In this document: positions 28,157 through 38,470 of the stretch, in pieces | Layout: each line of letters opens with the position of its first letter | How positions within the stretch are numbered: position 1 is the stretch's first letter | Origin: Flavobacteriales bacterium | Lineage (GTDB): Bacteria > Bacteroidota > Bacteroidia > CAIKAF01 | DNA: 64,000 bases | NCBI GenBank assembly: GCA_022402535.1 | Contig: JAKRSD010000019.1 | Coordinates: forward strand, 14,224-78,223 | Direction of reading: 5' to 3' | The notes under the pieces: model-generated | What the model was told of the DNA's origin: nothing | Database searches by the model: none | The model's input: the letters and a program-made list of their open reading frames with translations, nothing else | Made by a program: the position numbers and the translations under genes

Positions 28157-29617
28157 GTGTTCCGATTTGCGGGAAATAATCTTGATTACAAAAGCATTCT
28201 TTTGCTGCTGGCAATAGGGTTAAATATCCCTTTTGTTTCAGCTCAGAAGGTTTGGGATTATTATGGTGAACCCGAAAAAGGCATTACGGTTACGGGAATT
28301 GTAAAAGGAGATGTGGGAAGCGCCTCTTCGGGAAGCATTAAAATATATCGAAACGGTTCGTTATTTCATGAGGTTTTCCCTGGTGCCGGAGGCCGGTATG
28401 AGGCCGATCTGCCATTTGACAGTGATTATGAGATGGAATTTATCATACCCGGTAATGTTACCAAACGAATCAAAGTAGAAACCAACGTTACTCAGGATTT
28501 ACAGGATTTTTATGATGAACCGCTCTCGTTCAACGTGGCATTGCCCAAAGCCACAGGCGGACCTCTGGACGAAGCGTATAAAATGCCCGTAACCCGGCTT
28601 TATTTTGACCGTACTTCGGATGTTTATACCCGAGATATGGTAACCGAAGATTTGTTCCGCAGTAACCTGAAAGCCAAACAGGCCGAACATAAGCGCTGGT
28701 TAGAGCAACAGAATAAAAAACAAGACGAAGAAGCCCTGAAAAAAGCCGAAGAAGAACGTCTTCGGAAAGAACGCGAAGCCCAACAGAAAAAAGAAGAAGC
28801 GGAAGCCCGAAAACGCGAAATGGAAGACCGCCGGCGTATGCAGGAGCAGGAATTCCTGAAAAAACAGGAGGACGAACGGTTGAAAAAAGAAGCATTGAAA
28901 CGGCAGCGCGAAATAGAAGACAGCCTTTACAAAGCCAATGAAAAACAGGTAGTGGAAAAAGTGCTAAAGGAAAAAGAAGAAATTAAACAACAGCAAGAAC
29001 AGGAAGACCAGTTGCTTTGGGAAAAAATAACAGATAACTCCGCCGAGTTGGCGGCAAAAAGAAAAAGAGAAATTTCCGATAGTGTTTTTGTAGCCAATCA
29101 GGCTAAAACGGCTTCATCCGGGCCAAACAAAGGAACGGCGGGTGGTGGTCCTTCGGTGTTTTTCAGTACTAAATTAACGGAGGTGGAAAAATCTAAAGAT
29201 TACAGCGCCGAAGAACGATACCTGAATTGGGTAAAAAAACGACAGGAAGCCGAACAAAAAAGAACCGACAGACTGGAAAGATTAAAAAACGAATCCAAAA
29301 AAGTTTCGTCACTGGACAATAAACGCCGTGAAGAAATTCTGTTGTTAAAAAAGCAATCAGAAGAAAGAAAACAGAAGCTGGCCCAGTTAGCGGCAGAAAA
29401 AGAAGCTGAAGCCGAAAGAGTCCGTAAAGAGGCTTTGGCAGAAGTGATGAACGAAAAGGTAATTTCTCTTGTGGCTTACTCTTCGGCAGGAAACAGTAAT
29501 TCCAAATACTTCGGATATGTGAACTACGGCAATGGAAAGGGGAGGGTAGAACTTACGGAAGAAGAATATAAAAGCTTATCGGCAAAGTATAAAGATATTT
29601 ACAGCAAAGAACCTTAA
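28157..29617 (+). CDS. Hypothetical secreted protein with long E/K/R-rich helical region
   Basis: Signal-like N-terminus, beta-rich domain, then about 270 aa of mostly charged helix. Confidence 0.8.
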   Translation: MFRFAGNNLDYKSILLLLAIGLNIPFVSAQKVWDYYGEPEKGITVTGIVKGDVGSASSGSIKIYRNGSLFHEVFPGAGGRYEADLPFDSDYEMEFIIPGNVTKRIKVETNVTQDLQDFYDEPLSFNVALPKATGGPLDEAYKMPVTRLYFDRTSDVYTRDMVTEDLFRSNLKAKQAEHKRWLEQQNKKQDEEALKKAEEERLRKEREAQQKKEEAEARKREMEDRRRMQEQEFLKKQEDERLKKEALKRQREIEDSLYKANEKQVVEKVLKEKEEIKQQQEQEDQLLWEKITDNSAELAAKRKREISDSVFVANQAKTASSGPNKGTAGGGPSVFFSTKLTEVEKSKDYSAEERYLNWVKKRQEAEQKRTDRLERLKNESKKVSSLDNKRREEILLLKKQSEERKQKLAQLAAEKEAEAERVRKEALAEVMNEKVISLVAYSSAGNSNSKYFGYVNYGNGKGRVELTEEEYKSLSAKYKDIYSKEP

Positions 29618-30018
29618 TGAAAAAAGATATAGAATTTCACGAAGTGAAAAACGTGGCCGTAGCCGTGGTGCGCGAAGGAGGCGAAGATTCTGAAGATTGG
29701 ACCGTGTATCTTGTGAACCTGAATGATTTTCCGCTTACGGGCGTGTTCATCACCAGCAAAGGCTACGGATCTGTAAATAATGAAGAACGTAAAACCTCAG
29801 AACTCCGTTGGTTTTTTGAGCTGGTTCCGCCTTCAGGGGTTGTAAAAGTAGAGGCCATAGTGGAAGATGTGTTTGCCCTGCACAACGAATATTGGGTAAG
29901 TTATTATGTAGGCCGCGAGATATACGATAAACGGTTTGTATTTCTGGCTGAAAGCATCAAGCCCGAAAACTTTACCACCATCCCCGTAATCAACGAAAAA
30001 GGGGTGATGATTAAGTAA
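29617..30018 (+). CDS. Conserved hypothetical protein
   Basis: Coupled by TAATG; W.VYLVN, SKGYG, NEYWVS motifs resemble a Bacteroidota-wide family (from memory). Confidence 0.8.
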   Translation: MKKDIEFHEVKNVAVAVVREGGEDSEDWTVYLVNLNDFPLTGVFITSKGYGSVNNEERKTSELRWFFELVPPSGVVKVEAIVEDVFALHNEYWVSYYVGREIYDKRFVFLAESIKPENFTTIPVINEKGVMIK

Positions 30019-30040
30019 ATTTACTTTACTGTTTAAAAAC

Positions 30041-30174
30041 AGAATCAAGAACCAAGAATCAAGACTGCGTGACTATGCCTAAATTTGGTTGACAGATAAC
30101 CGATAACCATTAACAACCGAACATGGAACAGTCAAACAACCGAACATTCAAACAACCGAACAATTAAACAATCA
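30041..30174. repeat. Mosaic of degenerate 7- and 8-nt tandem repeats
   Basis: AGAATCA-AGAACCA-AGAATCA; GATAACC x2; AACAACCG/AACATTCA/AACAACCG/AACAATTA/AACAATCA. Confidence 0.85.
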
Positions 30175-30182
30175 GAATTATC

Positions 30183-32750
30183 CTATTCTCCTGAGTCTAA
30201 ATCAATCACATTATTGAATACCCGGAAATCAACCCGGCGGTTTTTCTGACGTCCTTCCGGGTTATCGCTTCCATCCTCATTTTTATTGGGAGCCGCCGGT
30301 TTACTGAAACTGTAATTACTGTATGTAATCCGGTTTTTAGAAACACCGTTGGCAATTAACCAATTATAGGCCTGTTTGGCTCGATTGAGTGACAGGGTAA
30401 GGTTGTATTCGTACGAACCTCTTGAATCGGTGTGTCCGCTGATTTCTACTTTGGCATCGGGATATTGTCCCATGATTTTCACAATATTATTCAAATCGGT
30501 TAGCGATTCATTGCGGATGTTGAATTTGTCAAAATCAAAGTAAATACTGCGGATAGCCAATACATTTTCTTCGCTTTTTTCTACGTAAAAGTTTTTCTCT
30601 ACTTTTTCGGTTTTGGCAGGCACTTTTATTACCACCCGCTCATTAATGTCGGCATATCCCTCAGATTCTACAGTGAAATTATACACCGTATTGGTTTTAA
30701 TTTTGGTGCTGTATTTCTGTGTAGGCGAAGTGCTCAGCGTACTCAGCACTTTATTGTTTTGGTCTTTGATGATGATTTTGCCCGATTTTCTTTCATCATT
30801 GATTTTTTCAATAATGCTTCCTTCCAGCGTAATTTCTCTTACAATAGCCTTATCGCCTGTTTTGAGCAGGTAAAAGTCTTTTTCGAGCGTGTTTCCTTTA
30901 ACGCCGGCTTCATTCAGCGAAATAATATCTTCATAAGACTGATAACCGTTTGATGTAACTCGCACTTTGTAAACCCCCATACGGTCCAGTTTACTTTCAT
31001 ATCCGTTATCGCCGGATTTGGCTGTAATTTTACTATCGCCCATTACCGTTTCAAATACAATATCGGCCGGAATTACCTGCTCAGTATTTTCATCATAGAC
31101 TTTACCTTTCAATACTAAGAATTTAAGAGGTTTCAGGTAAAAGTCTTTTTTAATGGTGAAACTATCCGGATGTTCCATTTCGGCGGTGAAGAACTCGGTA
31201 AAGCTCTCATATCCTTCGGCACTCACTTCTGCTTTGTATGATTCCGTTGCCATTACGGTGCCTTTGTAACTCCCTTTTGAGGGATATTCTAGGTCGATGT
31301 TGGTTTTATTCTTGGCAATGGAAATGGCAGGCTCTGTGATGATTTCTTTTGTGTCGGCATCGTACACGGTTCCGGAAATCATAAGTTTAAGATCCTTCAG
31401 AAATAACATGGTGTAGATATCTTTTTCGCCGAATCCGCCTCTGCGGTTCGAGTCGAAATAAGCTCTCACCCCTCCGGGCATTACCACAAAAAATACGTCA
31501 TCGGCCGGTGTGTTGATGGGGTAACCCAGATTAACGGCAGGCCCGGGAACACCGTTTACGATTTCAGAACGGAAAATGTCATATCCTCCCATGGAGTTAT
31601 GTCCTTTGGAACTGAAATATAAATACTGACCTACGTTGTCAATAAATACGCCATCTTCATCAAAATCGGTATTTACATTTTCGGTAAGCCGTTCGGGCGA
31701 ACCCCATTTTTCGGTTTCCGAATCGTAATTCACCTTAAAGATATCTAGTCCTTTGGCCCCGATTTCGGGATTATTTGAGGTGAAATAAAGTGTTTTTCCG
31801 TCGGGCGAATAAGACGCATGACTTTCACGATATTTAGAGTTAACACCGGCAAGCGATTTAGGCAGCGACCAGGAACCGTCATCGCCCTGTTTGGATTCAA
31901 AAAGATCTCCTTCATTACGATAGCGGTAAATAATCATTCTTTTTCCGTCGGCAGTAATCGCAACGGTTCCTTCATGGTCTTTCGAGTTTATAAGGCCTTT
32001 CACTTGTTTTGCGGACGACCAGCGTCCGTCTTCTCCTTTTTGGGAATGATAAATGTCTTCAAAATAGAAAACATCACCCACCGGAATGCCGCCACCCGTG
32101 GTGTTTGGACGACGGGACGTGTAATAAATATTTTTTTCATCGGCGGTTACAATGGCCGAATAGTCAGGATATTTAGAATTAACTCCCTTGCCCAGGTTGA
32201 TGATGATGATCGGAACCGTATCTTTTAAAAGCACTTTACCATTCGCACACATCTGAATTTTACGGGTAGTGGTTTTAATATCAAGATCTATCTCCGCCTT
32301 TCTTTCGGGTTTGGCTGTAGGCAGCTCGGCTTCTAAAAGTTTGATGTATTCCCGGTATTCGGTTGAAGCTTTATCCCACTGCATGTCCAGATGATAGTTT
32401 TCGGCCGTAAGAATTTGTCCTTCCTTCTGAAATTTAGGATTCAGTGAAGCAGCTCTTTTAAAATATTCAGCAGCTTCTCCCTTCAGGTTAAGTGCATTAT
32501 ACACATATCCGATGGTGAAATTCAATTCTGAGTTATTCGGGTTGAATTCCTGGGCTTCCAAAAGATACTTTAATGAACGTTCAAAGAAACGGGGACCCGA
32601 GGCAAACATATCCTGCCCTTTTTTGAGGCTGGTAAATGCTTTATTAAAACCTTCCGGGTCGTTGGGAAAGTTCTGTTTTTTGAAGTCCACGTTTTGGGCC
32701 GCCAGTGCAAACGGCAAAATGAAGAATAAAACGGTAAGAAGTTTTTTCAT
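30183..32750 (-). CDS. OmpA-family protein, TPR + PD40 propeller + 3 carboxypeptidase-regulatory-like repeats + OmpA_C (PorE-like architecture)
   Basis: TPRs; YFSSKGHNSMGGYDIF, NLGYPINT; IYFDFDK, GHTDSRGS, LSLNRA, GRQKNRRVDF. Confidence 0.9.
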   Translation of the reverse strand: MKKLLTVLFFILPFALAAQNVDFKKQNFPNDPEGFNKAFTSLKKGQDMFASGPRFFERSLKYLLEAQEFNPNNSELNFTIGYVYNALNLKGEAAEYFKRAASLNPKFQKEGQILTAENYHLDMQWDKASTEYREYIKLLEAELPTAKPERKAEIDLDIKTTTRKIQMCANGKVLLKDTVPIIIINLGKGVNSKYPDYSAIVTADEKNIYYTSRRPNTTGGGIPVGDVFYFEDIYHSQKGEDGRWSSAKQVKGLINSKDHEGTVAITADGKRMIIYRYRNEGDLFESKQGDDGSWSLPKSLAGVNSKYRESHASYSPDGKTLYFTSNNPEIGAKGLDIFKVNYDSETEKWGSPERLTENVNTDFDEDGVFIDNVGQYLYFSSKGHNSMGGYDIFRSEIVNGVPGPAVNLGYPINTPADDVFFVVMPGGVRAYFDSNRRGGFGEKDIYTMLFLKDLKLMISGTVYDADTKEIITEPAISIAKNKTNIDLEYPSKGSYKGTVMATESYKAEVSAEGYESFTEFFTAEMEHPDSFTIKKDFYLKPLKFLVLKGKVYDENTEQVIPADIVFETVMGDSKITAKSGDNGYESKLDRMGVYKVRVTSNGYQSYEDIISLNEAGVKGNTLEKDFYLLKTGDKAIVREITLEGSIIEKINDERKSGKIIIKDQNNKVLSTLSTSPTQKYSTKIKTNTVYNFTVESEGYADINERVVIKVPAKTEKVEKNFYVEKSEENVLAIRSIYFDFDKFNIRNESLTDLNNIVKIMGQYPDAKVEISGHTDSRGSYEYNLTLSLNRAKQAYNWLIANGVSKNRITYSNYSFSKPAAPNKNEDGSDNPEGRQKNRRVDFRVFNNVIDLDSGE

Positions 32751-32829
32751 CTGAACTGAGTTATATCAAAGGTGCTAAGGAACAAATGTGTGAAAAAAAA
32801 AGCCAATTGCCAAAACGCAAGCTTTCAGG

Positions 32830-34023
32830 TTATTTCATTTGAATGCAATTTAAAATTTCCACAATGGTTTTTGCGGCTTTTTTAGCTTGTTTTTCGTTGA
32901 TTATCAAAGGGGGAGCAAGGCGCAAGGATTTGTCATTAAAGAGAAACCAATCGGTTACCAATCCTTTCTTCAGGCATTGACTTATCACTTCAAAATTCAG
33001 GGCTGCGTTTTCAAACTCTACAGAAAGCAACAGGCCTTTTCCGTTTACTTTTTTAATGAGCGGATGTTTCAGATTTTCCCTGAAAACCTGTTCCATATGT
33101 TGGGCGTTTTCCCAAAGTTTTTCTTGTAGAATGGTTTTAAGGGTTGCCAGCGTTGCTGCGGCAGAAACAGGATGCCCGCCGAATGTGGTGATATGCCCCA
33201 ACACCGGATTGTGCGAAAAAGCTTTCATGTTTTCGGCAGAAGATATCATGACGCCGATGGGCATTCCGCCGCCCAGGCCTTTGGCTAGCACCAGAATGTC
33301 GGGAACAACGCCAAAAGATTCGAACGCGAACAGGGTGCCCGTGCGTCCCATGCCGGCCTGAATTTCATCCAAAACCAGCAAAGTGCCCGTTTCATTACAT
33401 TTTTTGCGGAGTGCTTTGAGCCAGTTTGCCTCCGGAACCAAAGCCCCGGCTTCTCCCTGTATCGTTTCGCAGAATACGGCTGCCGTATTTCGGGTGATTT
33501 GATTTAAATCTTCTTCGTGATTGAAACGGATATGCGATATCCCGGGCAAAAGGGGTCTGTATGCATCGCGGAAATAGGGATTCCCCATCAGGCTCAGTGC
33601 TCCCTGTGTGCTTCCATGATAAGCGTTTTCCATAGCCACGAATTCGTAACGCCCGGTTACTCTTTTCGCCAGTTTCATGGCGGCTTCAATCGCCTCACTG
33701 CCCGAATTGGTAAAATACACCGAATGTAAGTTTTGGGGTAGTATATCGGCAAGCAGTTTGGCTGTTTTTACCTGCGGATGCTGCACATATTCCCCATACA
33801 CCATCAGATGCATATAGGTGCGGGCTTGTTTCTGCACGGCTCTAACCACTTTGGGATGCGCATGCCCCAATGCACTTACAGAAATGCCTGAAATCAAATC
33901 CATGTATTTCTTTTTATGCACATCGGTCATATACAGCCCCCTGGCTTTAATAATTTCCAGACCCATGGGCGCCGGGCTGGTTTGTGCACAATTTTCCAGA
34001 AAGAGTTTACGATGCGAATACAT
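32830..34023 (-). CDS. Class III PLP aminotransferase (ArgD-like)
   Basis: D.ISGI....LGH, NSGSEA.E, E.IQGE, DEIQAG.GRTG, AKGLGGG, TTFGG.P. Confidence 0.93.
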   Translation of the reverse strand: MYSHRKLFLENCAQTSPAPMGLEIIKARGLYMTDVHKKKYMDLISGISVSALGHAHPKVVRAVQKQARTYMHLMVYGEYVQHPQVKTAKLLADILPQNLHSVYFTNSGSEAIEAAMKLAKRVTGRYEFVAMENAYHGSTQGALSLMGNPYFRDAYRPLLPGISHIRFNHEEDLNQITRNTAAVFCETIQGEAGALVPEANWLKALRKKCNETGTLLVLDEIQAGMGRTGTLFAFESFGVVPDILVLAKGLGGGMPIGVMISSAENMKAFSHNPVLGHITTFGGHPVSAAATLATLKTILQEKLWENAQHMEQVFRENLKHPLIKKVNGKGLLLSVEFENAALNFEVISQCLKKGLVTDWFLFNDKSLRLAPPLIINEKQAKKAAKTIVEILNCIQMK

Positions 34024-34200
34024 GCCGTTTATTTGAATACAAATTTGCAGATGCTTATTGGTATAGCCAATTTTATTCTTGCCGCCGCGCAATATTATTT
34101 TTTTCGTAAGATTGGTATTTTCATGGGCACTCCAATACCTTTGAGCCCGATTACCTTTTAATTCAGACTACATTTCATTTCGTTTTTGATTGTTGAAAAT

Positions 34201-36270
34201 ATGCAATTAACACCCCCTTTATACAGCAATAATTTAAGTTGGCTTTCCTTTAATTTCAGAGTTTTACAGGAAGCGGCAGATGCCAAAACACCCTTGTTGG
34301 AGCGCTTGAAATTTCTGGCCATTTATTCTCAGAATTTAGATGAGTTTTTCAGGGTGAAAGTAGCGGCTATTCGTTCTCTTTCGGAGTCTAAAACAAACGG
34401 AAAACTCGATTTTGATCCCGAAGAACTGCTTTCCAAAATCATTGAAGAAGTAAGCCGGCAACAGGATATTTTTGGACAGACATACCGCAACGAAATCTTG
34501 CCCGGGCTAAGGAAAAACAACGTTTTTCTACTCAGTGAAGATGAGCTGAAGAATGAGTATAAGGAGTTCGTTACGGATTATTATGAAAAGAAGATAGAAC
34601 CCATTTTAAACGTTTCAAAACTCACGTTTTACAATAAACCCGTTTTTCTGGAAAACCGTAAGGGGTATTTGATTTTTAAAGGCAAAAAGAATCCGTTGAA
34701 AGAAACCTTAGTGGTGGAGATTCCCACATCACTTACCGGCCGCTTTGTAAAGCTCCCTTCAGAAAAAGGGGTGGTGAAAGTGTGTTTTGTGGATGATATC
34801 ATCCGCATCTGTTTCTCCAAAAAAAACAAAGCAGTCGTGCAGGAGACAGGGTATGCCGTGAAGCTTTCTAGAGATGCCGAATTAAATATTGAAGATGAAT
34901 TTTCGGGAAGCCTCATAAAAAAAATCCGAAGAAGTCTGAAAAATAGAAAAGATGGGGTGCCTGCCCGTTTTCTTTACGATGACAGAATGCCCAAAACGCT
35001 TCTGTCGCTTTTGAAAAAAGTGTGGGAATTTAAATCGAACGACTGTGTGGCGGGAGCCCGGTATCACAATTTCAATGATTTTTTTGAGTTCATTTCTTTG
35101 GTAAACCGTCCCGATTTGCTTTTAGAGCCTTTACCCAAAATTCCGGTGTTAAAACTTGATGGCCAAAGTTCTTATTTCAAAGTGCTAAACGAAACGGATA
35201 TCCTGCTCCATTTCCCATATCATTCCTACGAATACTTTTTGAAGTTTTTGGAAAAAGCGGCTGATGATGATTCGGTCACAGAAATTAAAATGACATTGTA
35301 CCGGGTAGCCAAGGAAAGTCGGGTGTGCAGAGCATTAATCAAAGCGGCTCGTTCCGGCAAAAAAGTGACGGCCTTTTTTGAAGTAAAAGCCCGTTTCGAC
35401 GAAGAGTCGAATTTATTTTGGGCCGAAGAACTTCAAAAATCAGGCTGTAAGATATTATACAGTTTCCCGGGTTTGAAAGTGCACGCTAAACTCTGTCTGA
35501 TTACCCGCCGGAAGAATAATCAGCTGAAGCGGTATGCCTATCTTTCTACCGGAAATTTCAATGAAAATACGGCCAATGTGTACACCGATTTCGGCCTGCT
35601 CACTTCGTCCAAGTCGCTAACCTTTGAAGCCGAACAGATTTTCTCCATGCTTACCGATATGCGTAAACGCTATGAGTTTAAGCATTTTCAGGTGGCCCCC
35701 GACCGTTTGCGTTCGGATATTTATCAGTTAATCGATAAAGAAATCATCAATCACCTTTCCGGGAAAAAATCGGGAATCATACTTAAAATGAATGGATTGG
35801 ATGATGCTGAAATGATAGCCAAACTCTATGAAGCTTCTTCTTATGGGGTGCCCGTTCGGATTATTAACAGGGGAATCTGCCGTTTGATTCCGGGCAAAAA
35901 AGGACTCAGCGAAAACATAAAAATTACCAGTATCGTCGATCGCTTTTTAGAACATCACCGTCTCTATTGGTTTATCAGCAACGACGAGAACAAAATTTAC
36001 CTTTCTTCGGCCGATTTTATGAACCGCAACCTGAGCCGTAGAATAGAAGTATCTTATCCGGTAAACGAACCCCGTTATAAAAAGAGGCTGATGGATTTTA
36101 TGAACTTTTATATGGCAGATAACACCAAATCGCGCCTTATTGATGAGTTTCATAAGAATGAATTTGTAAAGCCCAAAAAGGGTGAACCCCGATTGAATGC
36201 GCAAACCGCCGTGTGGCAGTATTATAAAGACAGGGTAGATTTTCCGGAGAAATACTTGAATGAACTCTGA
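34201..36270 (+). CDS. ppk1: Polyphosphate kinase 1
   Basis: LSWL.FN.RVL, H.PY.S, ARFDEE.N, KVHAK, TGNFN, DRFLEH, SSAD.M.RNL. Confidence 0.96.
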   Translation: MQLTPPLYSNNLSWLSFNFRVLQEAADAKTPLLERLKFLAIYSQNLDEFFRVKVAAIRSLSESKTNGKLDFDPEELLSKIIEEVSRQQDIFGQTYRNEILPGLRKNNVFLLSEDELKNEYKEFVTDYYEKKIEPILNVSKLTFYNKPVFLENRKGYLIFKGKKNPLKETLVVEIPTSLTGRFVKLPSEKGVVKVCFVDDIIRICFSKKNKAVVQETGYAVKLSRDAELNIEDEFSGSLIKKIRRSLKNRKDGVPARFLYDDRMPKTLLSLLKKVWEFKSNDCVAGARYHNFNDFFEFISLVNRPDLLLEPLPKIPVLKLDGQSSYFKVLNETDILLHFPYHSYEYFLKFLEKAADDDSVTEIKMTLYRVAKESRVCRALIKAARSGKKVTAFFEVKARFDEESNLFWAEELQKSGCKILYSFPGLKVHAKLCLITRRKNNQLKRYAYLSTGNFNENTANVYTDFGLLTSSKSLTFEAEQIFSMLTDMRKRYEFKHFQVAPDRLRSDIYQLIDKEIINHLSGKKSGIILKMNGLDDAEMIAKLYEASSYGVPVRIINRGICRLIPGKKGLSENIKITSIVDRFLEHHRLYWFISNDENKIYLSSADFMNRNLSRRIEVSYPVNEPRYKKRLMDFMNFYMADNTKSRLIDEFHKNEFVKPKKGEPRLNAQTAVWQYYKDRVDFPEKYLNEL

Positions 36271-36274
36271 GAGG

Positions 36275-36874
36275 CTATACAAATTTTGTATTGCAGTCTT
36301 CAATAAATTGCAATAACTCTTCTTTGCCCATGCCTGTTTCAGAGGAAGTAAGAAAACGTTGAGGAAGTACTTCCCAGGTTTTAAGCAGCTCTTTTTCTAT
36401 TTGGGCAATATTCTGCTGAATTTTTGTTTTACCCAGTTTATCGGCTTTGGTATATACAATACAGAACGGAATCTGATGTTCCCCGAGCCAGTCTATGAAT
36501 TCCCCATCAATTAATTGCAGCGGAAGCCTTGAGTCAATCAATACAAACAGACACATCAGATTTTCTCTTTTCAGAATATACTCTTCAATAAATGAAGCCC
36601 ATTTTCTTCGGTCCGTTTTTGCTTTTTTGGCAAACCCATAACCGGGTAAGTCAACCAGATACCATTCCTGGTTTACGATGAAGTGGTTAATGAGCTGCGT
36701 TTTTCCGGGAGTGGAAGAGGTTTTGGCTAAATTTTTTCGCGAAACCAAGGCATTAATCAGGCTCGATTTACCTACGTTACTTCTGCCAATGAAAGCATAT
36801 TCGGCTTTATCGGGTGCCGGACATTTAGCCGGGTCGGTGTTGCTGATGACGAATTCGGCATATTTAATATGCAT
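36275..36874 (-). CDS. engB: Ribosome biogenesis GTPase YihA/YsxC
   Basis: GRSNVGKSS, PGKT, DLPGYG, TKADK. Confidence 0.96.
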   Translation of the reverse strand: MHIKYAEFVISNTDPAKCPAPDKAEYAFIGRSNVGKSSLINALVSRKNLAKTSSTPGKTQLINHFIVNQEWYLVDLPGYGFAKKAKTDRRKWASFIEEYILKRENLMCLFVLIDSRLPLQLIDGEFIDWLGEHQIPFCIVYTKADKLGKTKIQQNIAQIEKELLKTWEVLPQRFLTSSETGMGKEELLQFIEDCNTKFV

Positions 36875-36884
36875 GCGTTTGGTT

Positions 36885-37640
36885 TTAGTGTCTGGAAAGC
36901 CAGCTTTCCAAAATAGAATTAAACTCCACACTATGTTCCATCATGGGCGCGTGACCGCACTTATCAATCCAGAACAACTCAGAGTTTACGATAAGTTTAT
37001 GAAAATCTTCCGCCACTTCAGGAGGTGTGATGGTATCATTTTTCCCCCAAATCAGGCAGGTGGGAACATGAATTTTATGCAGTTCATCGGCCATATTATG
37101 CCTGATGGCAGACTTGGCAATGGCAATAATACGGATCAGTTTGGCCCGGTCGTTAATCATATCAAACACTTCATCTACCAGTTCATCGGTGGCAATGGCC
37201 GGGTCATAAAAGGTAACTTCCACTTTTTTGCGGATAAACTCTTTATCTTCCCGTTTTGGGTATGAACCGCCGAAGGCGTTTTCGTATAATCCCGAACTGC
37301 CTGTGAGTATGAGATGGCGAAGTTTTTCCTGATGATTAACGGCATAAACCAAACCTACGTGCCCACCGAGCGAATTGCCCAGCATGGACACCTTATCGTA
37401 GCCCTTATGTTTTATAAAATCGCGGATGTATTTATACAATGGTTTAACCCCCGCATCTAAGAGAGGCATATCGAAAAGCGGCATAATGGGAACAACCACG
37501 GTGTGCGTTTTTTTAAAATGGTTGATGACCCCTTCAAAATTACTTAATGCACCCATCAGTCCATGAAGAAGCATTAACACAGGCCCTTCACCTTCTTCCA
37601 CATAGGTAAATTTTTTCTCCTCTTTTATGTTGAAACTCAT
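36885..37640 (-). CDS. Alpha/beta hydrolase
   Basis: LHGL.G, GNSLGG, WGKND, CGHAPMME. Confidence 0.9.
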   Translation of the reverse strand: MSFNIKEEKKFTYVEEGEGPVLMLLHGLMGALSNFEGVINHFKKTHTVVVPIMPLFDMPLLDAGVKPLYKYIRDFIKHKGYDKVSMLGNSLGGHVGLVYAVNHQEKLRHLILTGSSGLYENAFGGSYPKREDKEFIRKKVEVTFYDPAIATDELVDEVFDMINDRAKLIRIIAIAKSAIRHNMADELHKIHVPTCLIWGKNDTITPPEVAEDFHKLIVNSELFWIDKCGHAPMMEHSVEFNSILESWLSRH

Positions 37641-37927
37641 ACCGCTTTATGTCTAACCAAAAGTAGATAAAAATATACATTAAACAATTTGTGCCCCAAG
37701 AATTGATGTTGCCGCTCCGCAACTCGCTGTTTATGCACTTTGTAGCGCTATACTTATTTACAAATATTAACAGTCGATTTAAGGCATTCTTCAAATCCGG
37801 GTTTCCGGGTTGAAATCTCCATCCTTTTGTAAAATTCAGAAAATGAATAAGCTGCAAGATGAATGTCTCGCATTTTTTACAACGTCTGCACAATAAATGG
37901 GGCTGTTTTGACGTAAAGTTTTCAACA

Positions 37928-37967
37928 AAGTGGTAAAAAAGGGTAAATTGTGTCAAATAGTGGTAAA
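37928..37967 (+). promoter_or_regulatory. MraZ-binding direct repeats (10-bp period)
   Basis: AAGTGGTAAA-AAAGGGTAAA-TTGTGTCAAA-TAGTGGTAAA immediately upstream of mraZ. Confidence 0.75.
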
Positions 37968-38002
37968 ATTAGTCCTACTTTTACGACGTCAAACCAGAAA
38001 AA

Positions 38003-38470
38003 ATGCTCAACCTGATCGGAGAATATGACTGCAAAGTGGACGCCAAGGGGCGGTTCATGTTTCCGGCTGCCTTGAAAAAGCAGATTGGGGAGGCGTTTGA
38101 TAAAGGATTTGTGGTCAACAGGAATCTGCATCAAAAGTGCCTGGTGCTTTACACCTTAGATGAGTGGCAGAAGCTGAATAAAGGCTTAAGTAAGCTGAAC
38201 AGGCTGTTGCCTAAAAATGACATGCTCGTTCGCAAAATCATAGGCGGAGCCACCGGGGCCGAAGCAGATAATACCGGCCGGGTTTTGGTGCCCCGTTCTC
38301 TCGCCGATTATGCGGGTATTCAAACAGAAATCAAGGTGCTCGGAAGTAATAACGTGGTTGAAATATGGGATAAGGCCGCTTATGAGGCCTTTATGTCTCA
38401 GGAGATTAATCTGGAAGAATTGGCTGAAGATGTATTGGGTAACCTCAACTTCACCGATAACGATGAGTAG
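38003..38470 (+). CDS. mraZ: Division/cell-wall cluster repressor MraZ
   Basis: DAKGR and DNTGR repeats, VEIW. Confidence 0.95.
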   Translation: MLNLIGEYDCKVDAKGRFMFPAALKKQIGEAFDKGFVVNRNLHQKCLVLYTLDEWQKLNKGLSKLNRLLPKNDMLVRKIIGGATGAEADNTGRVLVPRSLADYAGIQTEIKVLGSNNVVEIWDKAAYEAFMSQEINLEELAEDVLGNLNFTDNDE

